A stretch of 63,824 nucleotides of DNA, counting the filler, from Stramenopiles sp. TOSAG23-3 (lineage: Eukaryota): NCBI GenBank assembly GCA_900128585.1. It is 10 parts of 10 records of this genome, joined end to end, with 100 filler letters (N's around TTAATTAATTAA, not from the genome) between each part and the next. Parts side by side here need not be neighbours in the genome. Positions count along the whole stretch, not along the records: positions 25,336 to 33,673 come from LT643033.1; positions 33,774 to 42,105 come from LT643034.1; positions 42,206 to 50,528 come from LT643035.1; 7 more parts are not named here. One strand, 5' to 3'. The notes below the pieces were generated by a model that saw only the letters and a program-made list of their open reading frames with translations, ran no database searches and had not been told where the DNA came from. The number at the start of each line of letters is the position of its first letter. Within the stretch, counting starts at the first letter, position 1. Below, piece by piece: positions 32,080 through 44,129 of this stretch. Both the position numbers and the translations under genes were made by a program.

Positions 32080-32358
32080 TCAATCCTTCTTCGTCCGTCC
32101 AGGAACGTCCGCCCTCGGGTCGGACTCCGAAAACGCCATTACCACATACCCCACCAAAACAATGTTTATCAGAAAAACGGACGCTCCTGCACTAGCTGCA
32201 AGAATGTAAGGAGAGTCTTTCCCTAAAATTGCGGCCGCAACACCACCGGACGACAACCAAAAGAAGGCTCCCACGGGCAATATAATCAAAAGAAGGGAAG
32301 TGAAAAGCAACTTTCTAACTACAGGTCTATTCTCGGGGTGGCTCATAATTCGATTCAT
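32080..32358 (-). CDS. VMA21: V-ATPase assembly factor VMA21
   Basis: 92 aa with two TM helices (KLLFTSLLLIILPVGAFF; SVFLINIVLVGYVVMAFSE) and a C-terminal di-lysine (TKKD). Confidence 0.8.
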   Translation of the reverse strand: MNRIMSHPENRPVVRKLLFTSLLLIILPVGAFFWLSSGGVAAAILGKDSPYILAASAGASVFLINIVLVGYVVMAFSESDPRADVPGRTKKD

Positions 32359-32965
32359 AACTATAGATACGAAAACGTTCTTCTTTCCTCGTCAAAAGTA
32401 ACACCGCAAAGTAAACGAATCAGGTCGAACAGGATTCAGGCAAACTTTAATCTATAAGCTATCAACACAGAGAAGAAGAAAGGATTTTTTGTTTCTACCT
32501 TCGATCGTTCCGTTTCCTTTTCTTTCTTCTTTTTCTTACGAGAGAAGAATAGTGCTTCACTTCTTTCTTCTTCTTCTTTTTTCTCCTCCTATTACCAGTA
32601 TTATTTATATTATTTTTTCTTTCTTCTTCTTTTTTTCTTTCTTCTTTTCTTTCTTCTACTTTTCTTCTTCTTTCTTCTTCTTTCTTCTTCTTCTTTCTTC
32701 TTCTTCTTTCTTCTTCTTCTTCTTCTTCTCTTCTTCTTTTCTTCCTTCGAGAAGAGGAAAGAAAGAAAAAAGAAAAAAAGATGAAAAAACTATATTTTCC
32801 CTATTTAATACATATATACTAATATACTGTACAAATACAAATAAGTAAAAAGAAGCAATTATTTTTGTCTCCAATGACAAAAGACAAAAGATTCTTCTTC
32901 AATTATAATAAAATAACAGGGAAATAACATAGAAATAACATTTTTTGAATTATTATTTTTTGAGC

Positions 32966-32996
32966 GAAGAAAGAAAGAAAGGAAAGAAAGAGTCGA

Positions 32997-33056
<60 letters not shown>

Positions 33057-33060
33057 AGAA
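32966..33060. repeat. (GAAA)n microsatellite
   Basis: Long perfect GAAA run with one GAGTC interruption. Confidence 0.9.
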
Positions 33061-33594
33061 TTGATTCTTTTTTTTTTAAATACAAACCTATTTTACCTAT
33101 ACTATTACTATATTAAATAACTGTTATTACGACGAGAAGACACAGAAGAAGAAAGAAGACTACCACACCACTTCTTCTTCTTCTCTATTTCTTCTTTTAC
33201 TTTTTTATTATTATTACGAAGAAGAAGAAAGAAGAAGAAGAAAAAAAGACAAATTACACTTTTTGTTTTAGTAGGTATATAGCATAGAGAAAGAGATGAT
33301 TTTTTTTTTAATTATTATTATTATTTTTTATTGAAAAAGAAAAGAAGACATGTTTTTGGTTCTTGGGTTGTTAACAAATAACGACTTTTGCTTTTCAATT
33401 TTATATATTGTCGAAAGGAAACGATTGAAATCGAACGTTTTGTTTCTTTCATACGAAAACTTTAAATTATTTATCTCGTTTCGTTTCGAAATCGAATATT
33501 TATTTCATTTGGTGGAATAAAAATAGTTTCGGAAGGCACCGTGAACACGCATTTTGGCTTTCGTTCGCATCGTCCCTCCCGTTGACTCGCAACA

Positions 33595-33673
33595 CGGTAA
33601 TCTTGTGCGTTCGCAATCTCAGTTTCGGCGTTTTAAATTCCAAAACTGCGGACGTGCTTCGTGCTTCTAGAAG
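33595..33673 (-). repeat. 79-bp inverted copy of 25336-25414 (probable chimera/assembly artefact)
   Basis: The contig end is the exact reverse complement of the contig start; the copies diverge after ...gattaccg. Confidence 0.9.
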
Positions 33674-33773
33674 NNNNNNNNNNNNNNNNNNNNNNNNNNN
33701 NNNNNNNNNNNNNNNNNTTAATTAATTAANNNNNNNNNNNNNNNNNNNNNNNNNNNNNNNNNNNNNNNNNNNN

Positions 33774-36700
33774 CCAGCAAATGGCAGAACACGAACACCA
33801 CATGAAGGAACAAGCGAAGAAGCGTGCGGCAGAACTGGAGCAACAGGTCCGGCAATCCGAAGAGAATATCAAGCGGCAGCAAGAAAAGCTGGCAAAAGAG
33901 AGGGAAGAGATGAAAAGGCAGCTAACGGAGGACCAGAAACGGGAAAAAGAAGAAGCGGAAAAGCAACTTGCAGCACGGCGGGAAAAAATCGAAGCTGAAA
34001 GAGAGGAAACGGAGAAGAAAATGAGGCTTGCGAAAGAAGAAGCGGACATGAAAGCGCAAGAAATAGCATACCAACTGCAGCGCATGGAAGAGGAAGCCCG
34101 CGATCGGGAGATAGAAATGGAGAAGAAAGAGCAAGAGTTGCACGAAAAGATTGTAAAGGAAGCAGAAGAAGTCAAAAATACGATGGTAACGGAAACGAAA
34201 GAAAAGATGAAGCAGGACATAGAACGCCACAAAGAGGCACTCAAGGTGCTGGAGCGTGAAAAGGAACTCAAAATACAGCAGGAAACGTTGGCGCTGAAAG
34301 AGAAACAACTCGCCCATGAAGAAGCGGAAAAACAGGCCCTGCAGGCGGCAGAACGGTTGCGGCACGAATTAGAGGCGAAGATGAGGGAACTTTCGGACAA
34401 GGATGATCGACGAAAAGATCTGTTGGCAAAAGAAATACAGCGATACCGTGAAGAGTCGCAGAAAAAGCTGGCGGAAAAAGAAGATCGAATGGTTAACGCA
34501 TTGATGAAAAGGCGTGCAGACCTGGAAAATAAAGAGGAGCAGGCGAAAAAAATGTACGAGGCGAACTGCCAGCGCATTGAAGAAGAGATGAGCCTCCTTG
34601 AAGCAAAACAGATCGAAGAAAACCAGCGCCGGTCGGAAATGGAGGCGAAGAATCTCAAAACGCACGAAGATGCCATGAAAGCGGCAGAGAACGCCATGAA
34701 ATCCTTGCTTGACAGAGAGGCGCAGCTGAAGGATTGGGAAGAGGAAATACTGAGAAAAACCAAAGAGGAAGCAAAGAAGATTAGAGAAGCGGCAGAAAAA
34801 AGAGAGCAGGAAGTCCGGGAGCAAGAGAAACAGATCCTTGGGGACGCTACGAGAGAAGCTGCGGACCGTGCTGCGGAATATTTCAAGGCACGGGAATTAG
34901 AATTCAAAGAGAAAGAAAGGCAAATGATAGAGAGGATGGAAACGTATACCAACGAAATGGAAGATCAGAAAAACAAAGAAATTGAGCGACAGAAAAAAGC
35001 AGAAAATAGCCTTGAGGCAAGAATACAGGCCAGGCTAGACGCCATGGAACGGCGCGACGAAGAACTAAGATTGAGAGAAGAGAAGATTAGGAAAGATGCC
35101 GCGGTACAAAGTCAGCAAGCGAAATTGTTAGAGGAAAAGGAAAAGTTGCTCAGTATACTGCAAAAAGGGAAGGAGTCGGACCTAAAGCAGCGGGAAGGTA
35201 TGATAAAAGAAAGGGAAAGACAACTGGAAGCAGATAATTTAGCAAGGCTTGAAGCCGTTGCAAATTCCGCCAACAGGAAAGTGGAGGAAATGGCGAAAAG
35301 TGCAGAGGAATACGGGCAGTACTATGATGAAAATGGATCAAATGAAGCTACTCAGCAACAAGCGACCGATGAGCAAATGACTCCCGAGGCAATGAAGCAA
35401 TACCTCCGCCGATTTTTTATGGGCTGGGACACGGACCATGATGGCTTGATCACTACAAAAGAGTTTTATGAAGCGTTGATGACCCTCCCGCAACCACCAA
35501 GCGACGAGGTGGCTCAACAGCTGGTGACCTCAATGGACAAGAATGGAAGTGGCGTCGTCAACTATGAAGAATTTGTCCAATACTATATTTCAGAAATGGG
35601 TGCTGGAGACGAGCAGGCAGTCGATAACCAAACTGCCCAACATAATGGCTATGACATCGCTGGATACGAAAACGAAGCCTCCGTGCCTTGCAAACATTGC
35701 GTTGACCAGCCAGGTGCCCCAGCAACCCACTGTGCTGCTGCATACGGTCATATAGAGTGCCTCGAAGCTCTAATCGCAAACGGTGCACCCCTGAACGCAC
35801 TCGACAAGTCCAATCGAACAGCAATATTTTGTGCGGCTGCAAACAACCATTTTCATTGTGTAGCTGTTCTTTTGGATGGAATAGATGCAAGTATATTAAA
35901 CTACCAAGACCAACGGGGTGACACCGCAGTCCATGCTGCTGCTTGCAACGGAAACCACGATTGCCTCCAACTGCTGCTTCAATCGGGTGCAGAACCAAAC
36001 TTGCAAAACAAAAAAGGGAACACACCGTCTCATCTGGTGAAAAACGCGGAGTGCTTGCAAGTCTTGTACGAAAATGGGGGAGATGTGTTTGCCCTAGACA
36101 ACACGGAAAGAACAGCAATGTTTACAAGTGCGGCTCACGGGCGGGTTGATGTGCTGTCCTTATTGTTGGAAATAGACAACGATGCCACCATGATTGATTT
36201 TGCGGATGGCCGTGGCGACACACCCTTGCACGGTGCATCATGCAATGGGCACACTGAGGCCGTTAGATTATTGCTTCAAACCGCTGCTAACCCTAATGTG
36301 CAGAATCGAATGGGATTTATTGCGGGCTACTTGGCGGAAAGCAATAACCATGCTGGGTGCGTTGGCTTACTGGAAGAGTACGGTGGGTACAAGCGGGCAG
36401 GGTTGCTCCAAGCACAAGACGAAAGTGAGGCGGTGGCGACAGAATACGACTTATCCAAATGGGCTCACACTGCTGACCCCGAGTCCGGGCACACGTACTA
36501 TTATCACGTTGAAACGGGCGTAACCCAGTGGGAGGAACCGCCTGGTTATTCGGAGTACATTGCGCAAGCAGAGCAGCAGAACCAGCAACATAATGAACAA
36601 GTATATGACCAGTCGGACGGGCAGCATTATGACCAGTCGAACGGCCAAGCCTACGATCAAAGCTATTATTACCAAGGAACAAACGAAAATGATGAGTCCT

Positions 36701-37194
36701 ATTACGGAGAATATTATCAAGGGTATGACGGGCAACAGTACACGGACTGGGACTACTGGTACTGGAATGGCTACGGGGCAGAAGAGCAAGAAGCTGCACG
36801 TGTTGAACCCGAGCCGGCTGCAAAATTGAACAAGGATTACATGAAAATGATGACTGACTATGCAAACTTAGCACCGTATCGAGGGCCCTCATCTGGGTCG
36901 GGAGAAGTTCCGACGTGTGTAATTTGTCAGCAGCGCCCCGCACGAGACGTGTTCCTGCCGTGTGAGCATACATGTGTCTGCAAACAGTGCATGACAGAAC
37001 ATGCCTATGTCGGTTCAAAAGGCCAAAAGAATTGGAAGCCAAAGAAGTGCCCGGTTTGCAACAGGAGAGCTTACAAAGCTGTGGCGGTGGCAAAGTACCT
37101 GACTCTGCCAAAAGATTATGGTCCAGCTCCGAAACTTTCTAAAGCATGGGTCGAGCAATTCAAAGCTAACACCGTTACCCTTTTGTCATCCTGA
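33774..37194 (+). CDS. Coiled-coil + EF-hand pair + ankyrin repeats + WW + RING protein (5' truncated)
   Basis: Long E/K/R coiled coil; EF loops DTDHDGLITTKE and DKNGSGVVNYEE; ankyrin GDTAVHAAACNG and GDTPLHGASCNG; WW WAHTADPESGHTYYYHVETGVTQWEEP; RING CVIC..PCEH..CKQC..CPVC. Confidence 0.88.
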
Positions 37195-37240
37195 AGGTTA
37201 TTTTCATTCTGACAATTGTTTACACATTTTTAACTATACC

Positions 37241-37500
37241 TAAAAATAACAGCCATTGTTTTGCTTTTTTTCTCGAAGTTCGTTCTTACTTAGTACTAGA
37301 GTAGTACAAATATTAAGTTTATCACAAATGTATAAAGTACTACAAAATATATAAAAGTTGATAGGATTAGGGTTGGAACTGAAATAGTAATTGATATAAA
37401 ATGAGAGTCGTCTATTAAAACATATTTTAGCTAATAATTTTTCTTATAAAAAATAAAAATTATAACTAAAAAAAAAACAAGAAAATTGGCTGTTATTTAA
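37241..37500. mobile_element. Putative MITE-like element (imperfect inverted ends around a dispersed internal repeat)
   Basis: taaaaataacagccattgttttgc at 37241 and inverted aacaagaaaattggctgttatttaa at 37476-37500 flank the 49-bp repeat also seen at 22443. No clear target-site duplication. Confidence 0.35.
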
Positions 37501-37785
37501 GTCTATAATTAAAATTAATGTACTACTGCGAACTGAAATCTAAAATCTTTTCTCTTTTATTAACTAATATTAAAAATAGATTCATTTTCGCGGTATATGA
37601 GGAAGCTAAATTTTAATTACTTAAATAACAGTCAATTTTCTTGTTTTTAAATAAAATGCCCAGAACTTGGAAAGGATCTTTGGGACCAAACTCATTCCCG
37701 ATCATTCTTTCATAGAGCAATACAACAGAAAACAAGCACCTTTAAAACATTTACGCCGCTAAGTTTTATCATATCTCTATCGTGA

Positions 37786-38667
37786 TCAAGGTGTATGTTC
37801 GCGCGCACCCAAATTCGTAGAAGACGCCATTTGTGTTACGCGTGCGTCTAAAAACTTTAGACGGTTGTCTATCAGGAAAAAGTTGCTGTCAACGTGCCTC
37901 TTTAGATCACCAATCTCTTTTTGCATGTTCGCAAAGCCCTCATTTATCAATTTTTCGATTCTGGCCATGGTCTCACGGTCACCCCTAGCGTTTTCCTCAT
38001 TGTCATATGCCCGCGCACGTGGTGCAGCGGGGGAAGGTGGCGAATTGGGAGATGGTTCCGGGAGTTTAGATATAGGAATAGGCGTTAGGTCGTAGTCCAA
38101 GTCGATCGCACGAGGGGCAATTTGGCCGAAATCCCACTTAATCTCGCCTCCTGGCGTTTTCGCGATTCCCTGCTGGGTGTCTACAGCAGGGCTGGTGGCT
38201 GGTGGTGGGCCGACAAACGGATATCGTTTCTGGGCACTTTGGGGCTCAAGTGCTTTGTGGTAATTTCGACACGCTTTAACCAGGTCCAGGACCAATATAA
38301 TTTTATGCTCAGCGTAACCGGCTTGGAAAAACTGTCTCTCGGAAATATGAGGCTTAAATCCAAACTCGTTTCTCATAAACTTGAAAACCGACTCTACAAA
38401 TTTTTGGTCTGTACAGGATATTATCTGGTACCCGTCATTGGACAACTTCCTTGCCACATGTTTAGAGTAACACAATAAAATATGATGAAGAATCGGTAAA
38501 AAGTGAGCTGGATGCCCAGTTGCAATTAATTTCAAATCCACCGATTGTGGATATTTCATACGCTTTAACTCGACCCCAAGGCTTTTTATTTTCCCTGCCA
38601 AGTCCCCAGTAGCAGGGGTTGACGGTGACGGGCTGTATACGCGGGGATTCCAAACCGCTTTTCTCAT
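37786..38667 (-). CDS. CEP44: Centrosomal protein CEP44
   Basis: ATGDL..LKRMKYP..GHPAHFLPILHH..YSKHVA..DQKFVESVFKFMRNEFGFKP..QFFQAGYAEHKI matches the CEP44 N-terminal domain; C-terminal coiled coil. Confidence 0.88.
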   Translation of the reverse strand: MRKAVWNPRVYSPSPSTPATGDLAGKIKSLGVELKRMKYPQSVDLKLIATGHPAHFLPILHHILLCYSKHVARKLSNDGYQIISCTDQKFVESVFKFMRNEFGFKPHISERQFFQAGYAEHKIILVLDLVKACRNYHKALEPQSAQKRYPFVGPPPATSPAVDTQQGIAKTPGGEIKWDFGQIAPRAIDLDYDLTPIPISKLPEPSPNSPPSPAAPRARAYDNEENARGDRETMARIEKLINEGFANMQKEIGDLKRHVDSNFFLIDNRLKFLDARVTQMASSTNLGAREHTP

Positions 38668-39331
38668 CCTTTTGTATCAACGGATTTTGGTTTTTGGATT
38701 CGTCGTGGAAAAACTCGTTTTTTTACTCAATTTCTGACCGTGTTATCGAAAGGTGCGCGAACTCTCTTTACTTTGTACAACGCAAACAATGGCATTAGTT
38801 TAACATCCATCCATCTCCTGGATCATTTATTATCTTTTTTTAGGAAGAAAGAATAAATAAAGAATGTAATAAATAAATCATCATGTAGTAGTATGTGGAA
38901 AGAAGCAGCCGATATATATTATCAGGCAGGTTATACCTGCTGTACGGTACGAGAGGAGAAGAGGAGGTGAGAGGAGGATGATGTAATGTATTAATATCAC
39001 ATTTTTTTGATCATCATTTACCTGGTTGGTACCTACTGTCTATATATAAATATAAATGTTTTTTGAAAAAGAAAAAAGAAGAAGAAGTCGGTTAATATAA
39101 TAATAGAGAAGAAAGAGAAAGATCTTTTTTTATTACGAATAGAAAGGAGGCGGTTTGTTGTTTAATATTATTATATTATAACAGAGATACGCAATAGAAA
39201 GGAGGCGGTTTGTTGTTTAATAACAGAGATACGCGCCAAAAAATAGATCGCGCTACAGAAGTAAGTTTTGATAGGGATATATGTTCTTATACTAGAAATA
39301 TTATAAGTACTATATTTTCTCCTTATCTCCA

Positions 39332-42105
39332 TTAGCGCCATTGGCAGGCATGGCCTCGCTTGTACAGCTCATTAAGAGTTTCTTCAAATTTCCCAGCTTG
39401 CTTTAATTCCAAATATTTGCGATACAGTAGTAACGCTCCGTGAGCATCCTCAATTGAATCGTGCCCTTTAGATGCGTCTTGAATCCCAGCTCCGAGCAAA
39501 TGCTTTACCAGAAATGCAAGCCCAATCATTCTTTGCCCGGGCAAATGGTAGATGTGCACCGTGTCAATTATTTGGTCGCTCGGGACGTGGATATTAATCA
39601 TGCGGAAGTCCTTTTTCAAACCGTGTCCAACGAACTTTACTCCCTGGTCTACCAAATAACGCAATTTCAAGTACGCCGTCTTTAGCGTCACAAGATGGTG
39701 CCGAGTCGCTGTTGGGTCTAGATCTCCGGGCAATATGCCGCTAAAGCGAGTCAGGTAGTCCACGATGGCCTCTGTCTTGAGGATGTAATCGTCAATGAAG
39801 GGTACACCGTTCGCACGGGTAACACTTACACGAGCAAGACTTAATTTGCTGGCCTTCGTCACGACCCGCCGCCCGTTTGAATCAACTTCGGACTCTTCGG
39901 CCCCCGTGGAAACAAATTCGCAGTCAATTGCTACCATGTCGTCCTTTGACAAATTCTCGCTCTCTCCTAAAGGCTGGAAGCTCCGGCGCTTATGAGTCGA
40001 TGCGCGGTTTCCTTGGCTGAGCGACTGGGATCGAAATATGGACGGGTGGATTCGGATGTTCGGTGTGGCACTATACCGGCGTGCCTTGGAGAGTCCTGCC
40101 CATTGGTAGAACAGAACGCACGGAGACCTCCATGATGGTCGAAAATCAGTTACCGCATTGCCGCCATCTGTCGCCTTCACTATTCTCATATCATTGAATA
40201 TGGTCCATTGTTTCTTCGAGGTGGCGCGGCCATTTTCGTCAAATTCGGGAGTTTTTATGTGGGCAATTAAATGCCCTGGGTCTCCCTCCCCCTGGAGGGG
40301 ATCCTGAATGTGTGAAATGATAGACACGAGCTCGTAAACTCGCTCGTGGGTGGCCTCATTGTCGATGTCTCTCAATTCTACATTTTCGTCTCGCAACTCA
40401 TCTATTGCAAGCCCGTCTACGTTTTCAGGGCCAATTTTAATGCGTATTTTTTCGGGCAGCCACCGCGACCCTTCCGCCGGGGTGTTTGGTCTATGCGTCT
40501 CCCTCCAGTTTTCTACCCAATTGTCGTTGTCACCGGACGTTACATTGACACATAGCAATTGGGGCAAGTTGCGCAGGCGGCGGTATTTTGTTAGAGGTTC
40601 GTACTTGCCGCTGCCTTCACACCAAGCCCTCGCAATTTTAATTTCTTTCGTCATGCTTTTCTTTAAGCGACTGGCGAACGAAGCAGGGGCAGCCTTCTTG
40701 ACAGCGGCCGCTGCGGCACTAGTCCCTGTCCCACGTCCAGCAGCGACAGAAGCAGGCGTGGGTGCAGAATTTTGCGAGTCATCAATCAAGTCAATCACGT
40801 TGGACATATTTTCACGCTCCGTTTTAAAATTACTTGCAGACACGTCGGTGTTCTGAAAACGCATGCCAAACAATTTTTCCAGAGTGTTTCCACCGTACTT
40901 GCACGGGGAAAGAAAGTTTGACTTTCGCTTTGCTTTGGCTTTCTGTGCTCTTTCTTCTGTGAATTGCATCTCCTTTAAAACGTGGTTCATTAAAAACCTC
41001 GTGAGATGGCCAATTCGGCGCTGCAGGGACAGCTTGGACGGTTCTAGAAGGCCTAAAGCAGAAGCTTCTGGGATTCGCCGGAACGCAGCCTGAAAGTTCA
41101 ACAGCTCGACAGACTTGTCAGCGTCAGGGACAACCTGAATCTGGTCCAGCATGTGAAACACGAACCCTAACTCATCGGTCAAGCACGGGTCCAGTGGGCT
41201 CAAGTGCCCAATAAACGCATTTCTAACCGGCCTCAAAAAGTATAAAGTTAGCACTAACGGGTTTATGTACGAGTTGGCCAGGTTATTTTCAAGACCAGCG
41301 TAGACCGTATTGTTGTATTGGCCTTTCTTTCTGCTCCCGTCTCTTCCAAAACTTCGAGAAAAGAAAGCATTGGATTTAACTTTTGTTTTTCGGAGGGCTT
41401 CTGGGGGCACCGCAATTTCATTATCGTTTTCGTCCATGTATATGATTGAGCCATCGTCCCCTCTGAACGATTTGATGCCCGTGTTGCCGAACTCGCTTTC
41501 GTTTGCGTTCCACTGGCGTCGAGGGTCGACGTCCTTGAAGGCTTTCCATTTGTTCTGCCCGTATAGCAACGTCCCCGAGACGTCTTTCATTGCCAAATCA
41601 TTCTCGATCAAACGAGATGTTGCGTCGATGTAACCAATCTTATCAACTTTCTTTTCCTCCTTCAATATATTTTTGTTAAACCCTAACGTCGCAGAGCCGC
41701 CAGCCCACGCTTTCTCAAACCCGGCCGGTAGACTCGAGTACATGCACGAGGGGGAAAAGCTCATCCCCCCCTCGATAGGGGGTCTATTTACGGCGAGACG
41801 CCCACTTTCGTAGGCGTACAGGCCCTCTTGGATAGAGTCCTCCGGCGAGCGATCGTCCTGGGTCGCACGAAACAGCAATGCAGGGTTTTTTATCTGGTTC
41901 GACGCCAAGTGTGTTGCATTTATTTGCACCTGAGGGTCCGGGACATTAAAGGTAGGCAGTGACTCTAAAGGCTGGGCGTAATAGCTTGAATTCACATTTC
42001 CTGGCGTTAAACTATTTGTCCAAACGTGCACGCCTCCAGCGACGTCGCCTATCACGTACGCTTTGCCAGTCACCGCAGTTGCGAAACTTGAAGCGTATTG
42101 GCCGT
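39332..42105 (-). CDS. PAN2: PAN2 poly(A) deadenylase catalytic subunit (5' WD40 region truncated)
   Basis: Inactive UCH-like domain (GLENNLANSYINP) followed by a DEDD nuclease (VAIDCEFV, DYLTRFSGI, GHGLKKDF, HDSIEDA). Confidence 0.93.
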
Positions 42106-42205
42106 NNNNNNNNNNNNNNNNNNNNNNNNNNNNNNNNNNNNNNNNNNNNTTAATTAATTAANNNNNNNNNNNNNNNNNNNNNNNNNNNNNNNNNNNNNNN
42201 NNNNN

Positions 42206-42420
42206 GTGAAAAAGAAGAAGATGAAAGAAGAAATAAAAGAAGAAGAAGATGAAAGAAGAAAGAAGAAAAAGAAGAACAAGAAGAAGAAGAAGAAGAAGAA
42301 GAAGAAGAAGAAAGAAGAAGAAAGAAGAAGAAGGAGAAGAAAGAAGAAATAAAAGAAGATGAAAGAAGAAAGAAGAAGAAGAAAGAAGAAGAAGAAGAAG
42401 AGAAGAAGAAGCAAGACAAA
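42206..42420. repeat. (GAA)n purine-rich low-complexity tract
   Basis: GAA/GAAA repeats at the contig start. Confidence 0.9.
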
Positions 42421-42953
42421 ATATAACGACGACTGGAGGGAAGGCATCAAAAAAACTGTGAAACAAGATAAAAAGAGGGGGGGGGGATAACTTCCTTTTA
42501 ATTTTGCCTATTTGTACATTACGATAAAAAAGTACAAAAATGGTTAACAATTAATCAGATGATTGCATTACAGGTATATAAGGTAACAAAGAGAGAATGA
42601 TACATAATGCTGTGTCCATGCTACAAAATTAATATTTTTGAAGATTATAATAATAAAATAAAAGCGAAATATAATAAAATAATAAAATAATAATAATAAA
42701 AAATAAGCTATCTAATATAACTATACTGTAGTAGATAAGAAGAATAATAATAATTAAAAAACAGTAAGAAGCAACGACGTGCCAATTTGCATTTCGGTGT
42801 GAAGCTTTTAATTGGACAAGCGTTGCGAAGACGTAAGGGTTGAAAATTACTTCGAACAGATCCTTTCCTCTCCGGCGGTTAGTTCTGTCAGTAACCCCAA
42901 CGTCGAACTGCTGGTTTTTCATTTCCCTTTGCAGCAGACAATAGACGATAAAC

Positions 42954-44129
42954 ATGAGAGTTCCAAGTGCAATATTATTGTTGACTCTAGCTGCCTCGTT
43001 CTCAGTTTCGTTGGCGAGGGACATATGTTGCAAAGCCTGCCCTCTTGGGCTTGCTTGTGGGGACACGTGCCTGAAGAACAGGGCTGAAAAGTGCACGGAA
43101 CGCAAAGGCTGCGCGTGTGACTTGATTCCTGGGCTTAGGGGTCTATCAGGGGACGGTTTAGTTGACTTACTCGCAAAAAGATGCGCTGACCGAACAAAGG
43201 ATGACTGCGGAAAGGGGCCCGACAATAACGGGAAATATTGCGAGGTTTTTGACACAGGAAGTGGAAAAATGGCATGCCGGGAGAAGGCGGTTGTGCCCTC
43301 TCTTCCTGAGCCGAACAGTACGGACAACGACGGAATCTTAGGCTGTAACGAGCGCACAAAAAAAGACTGTACAATAAATTACGATGCCAAAGGGCGAGAG
43401 TGCGAGTACGTAGATACCGGGGGAGGACAGATGGGTTGCCGGAAAAAGAGAGAAGAAGGGCAAACCGACCTTCCCGCGACGGCCTCCACTCGCAGCAGAA
43501 ACAGCACTACCGCAGCCCCCAAAGAAGACAGCACCAACGATGCGCCCAAAGAAAACAGCACCACAGCCGCCCCCGAAGACGGCATTACCACAGCTGCGCC
43601 AGATGATGCCCTAAGTTGCAATGAGCGCACGAAGAAAGATTGCGAGCTAACGTACGACGCCAAAGGGAGAGAGTGCGAGTTTGTAGATACTGGAGGAGGT
43701 CAGATGGGCTGCCGGAAGAAGAGGGAGGACAAGAAACCTGATTCCACTACCGCGCCGCCAAGAAAGAACAAGGATTCACAGAAGAAGGACTCAAAGAATT
43801 CGCAGAAGAAAGATTGCCCTAGTAAAGAGCTTTCACAGGGATGTAGAGCTGTAGGGAAGTCGAAATCGAAGTGCACATCGATTTCGTTCGCAGAGCTTGC
43901 CAAAAAGGGTCACAAATTCCCAGATATTACTGTTCCCAAACATAGATACTCGTGCACGTGGACGCGGAGATGCGGCTGCAGCGCGAAACATGAATACGAA
44001 GAACGACCTTCTGCCGGGGAAACAACCACCACTTCTTCTCCTAAACCCGAGACGGATGAACAAGAAGACCCTCCTAAAAAAAAAAAGGCCACCAGTCAAT
44101 TAAAAACACAAAAGAGGCGGAAACTTTAA
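42954..44129 (+). CDS. Secreted cysteine-rich repeat protein with Thr-rich linkers
   Basis: Signal peptide MRVPSAILLLTLAASFSVSLA; an 8-Cys N-terminal module; three copies of C..RTK.DC....D..G..CE..DTG.G.M.CR.K; STTAAP-type repeats. Confidence 0.8.
   Translation: MRVPSAILLLTLAASFSVSLARDICCKACPLGLACGDTCLKNRAEKCTERKGCACDLIPGLRGLSGDGLVDLLAKRCADRTKDDCGKGPDNNGKYCEVFDTGSGKMACREKAVVPSLPEPNSTDNDGILGCNERTKKDCTINYDAKGRECEYVDTGGGQMGCRKKREEGQTDLPATASTRSRNSTTAAPKEDSTNDAPKENSTTAAPEDGITTAAPDDALSCNERTKKDCELTYDAKGRECEFVDTGGGQMGCRKKREDKKPDSTTAPPRKNKDSQKKDSKNSQKKDCPSKELSQGCRAVGKSKSKCTSISFAELAKKGHKFPDITVPKHRYSCTWTRRCGCSAKHEYEERPSAGETTTTSSPKPETDEQEDPPKKKKATSQLKTQKRRKL

Noticed and set aside
25336..33673. DNA transposon or linear element with 79-bp TIRs
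   Set aside because: No transposase or replicase, housekeeping content, one copy is coding sequence, and the length equals the other artefactual inverted copy.
7882..39235. CRISPR-like arrays from short direct repeats (7882, 12232, 39140-39235)
   Set aside because: Two-copy duplications without a repeat-spacer series, no cas genes, eukaryotic context.
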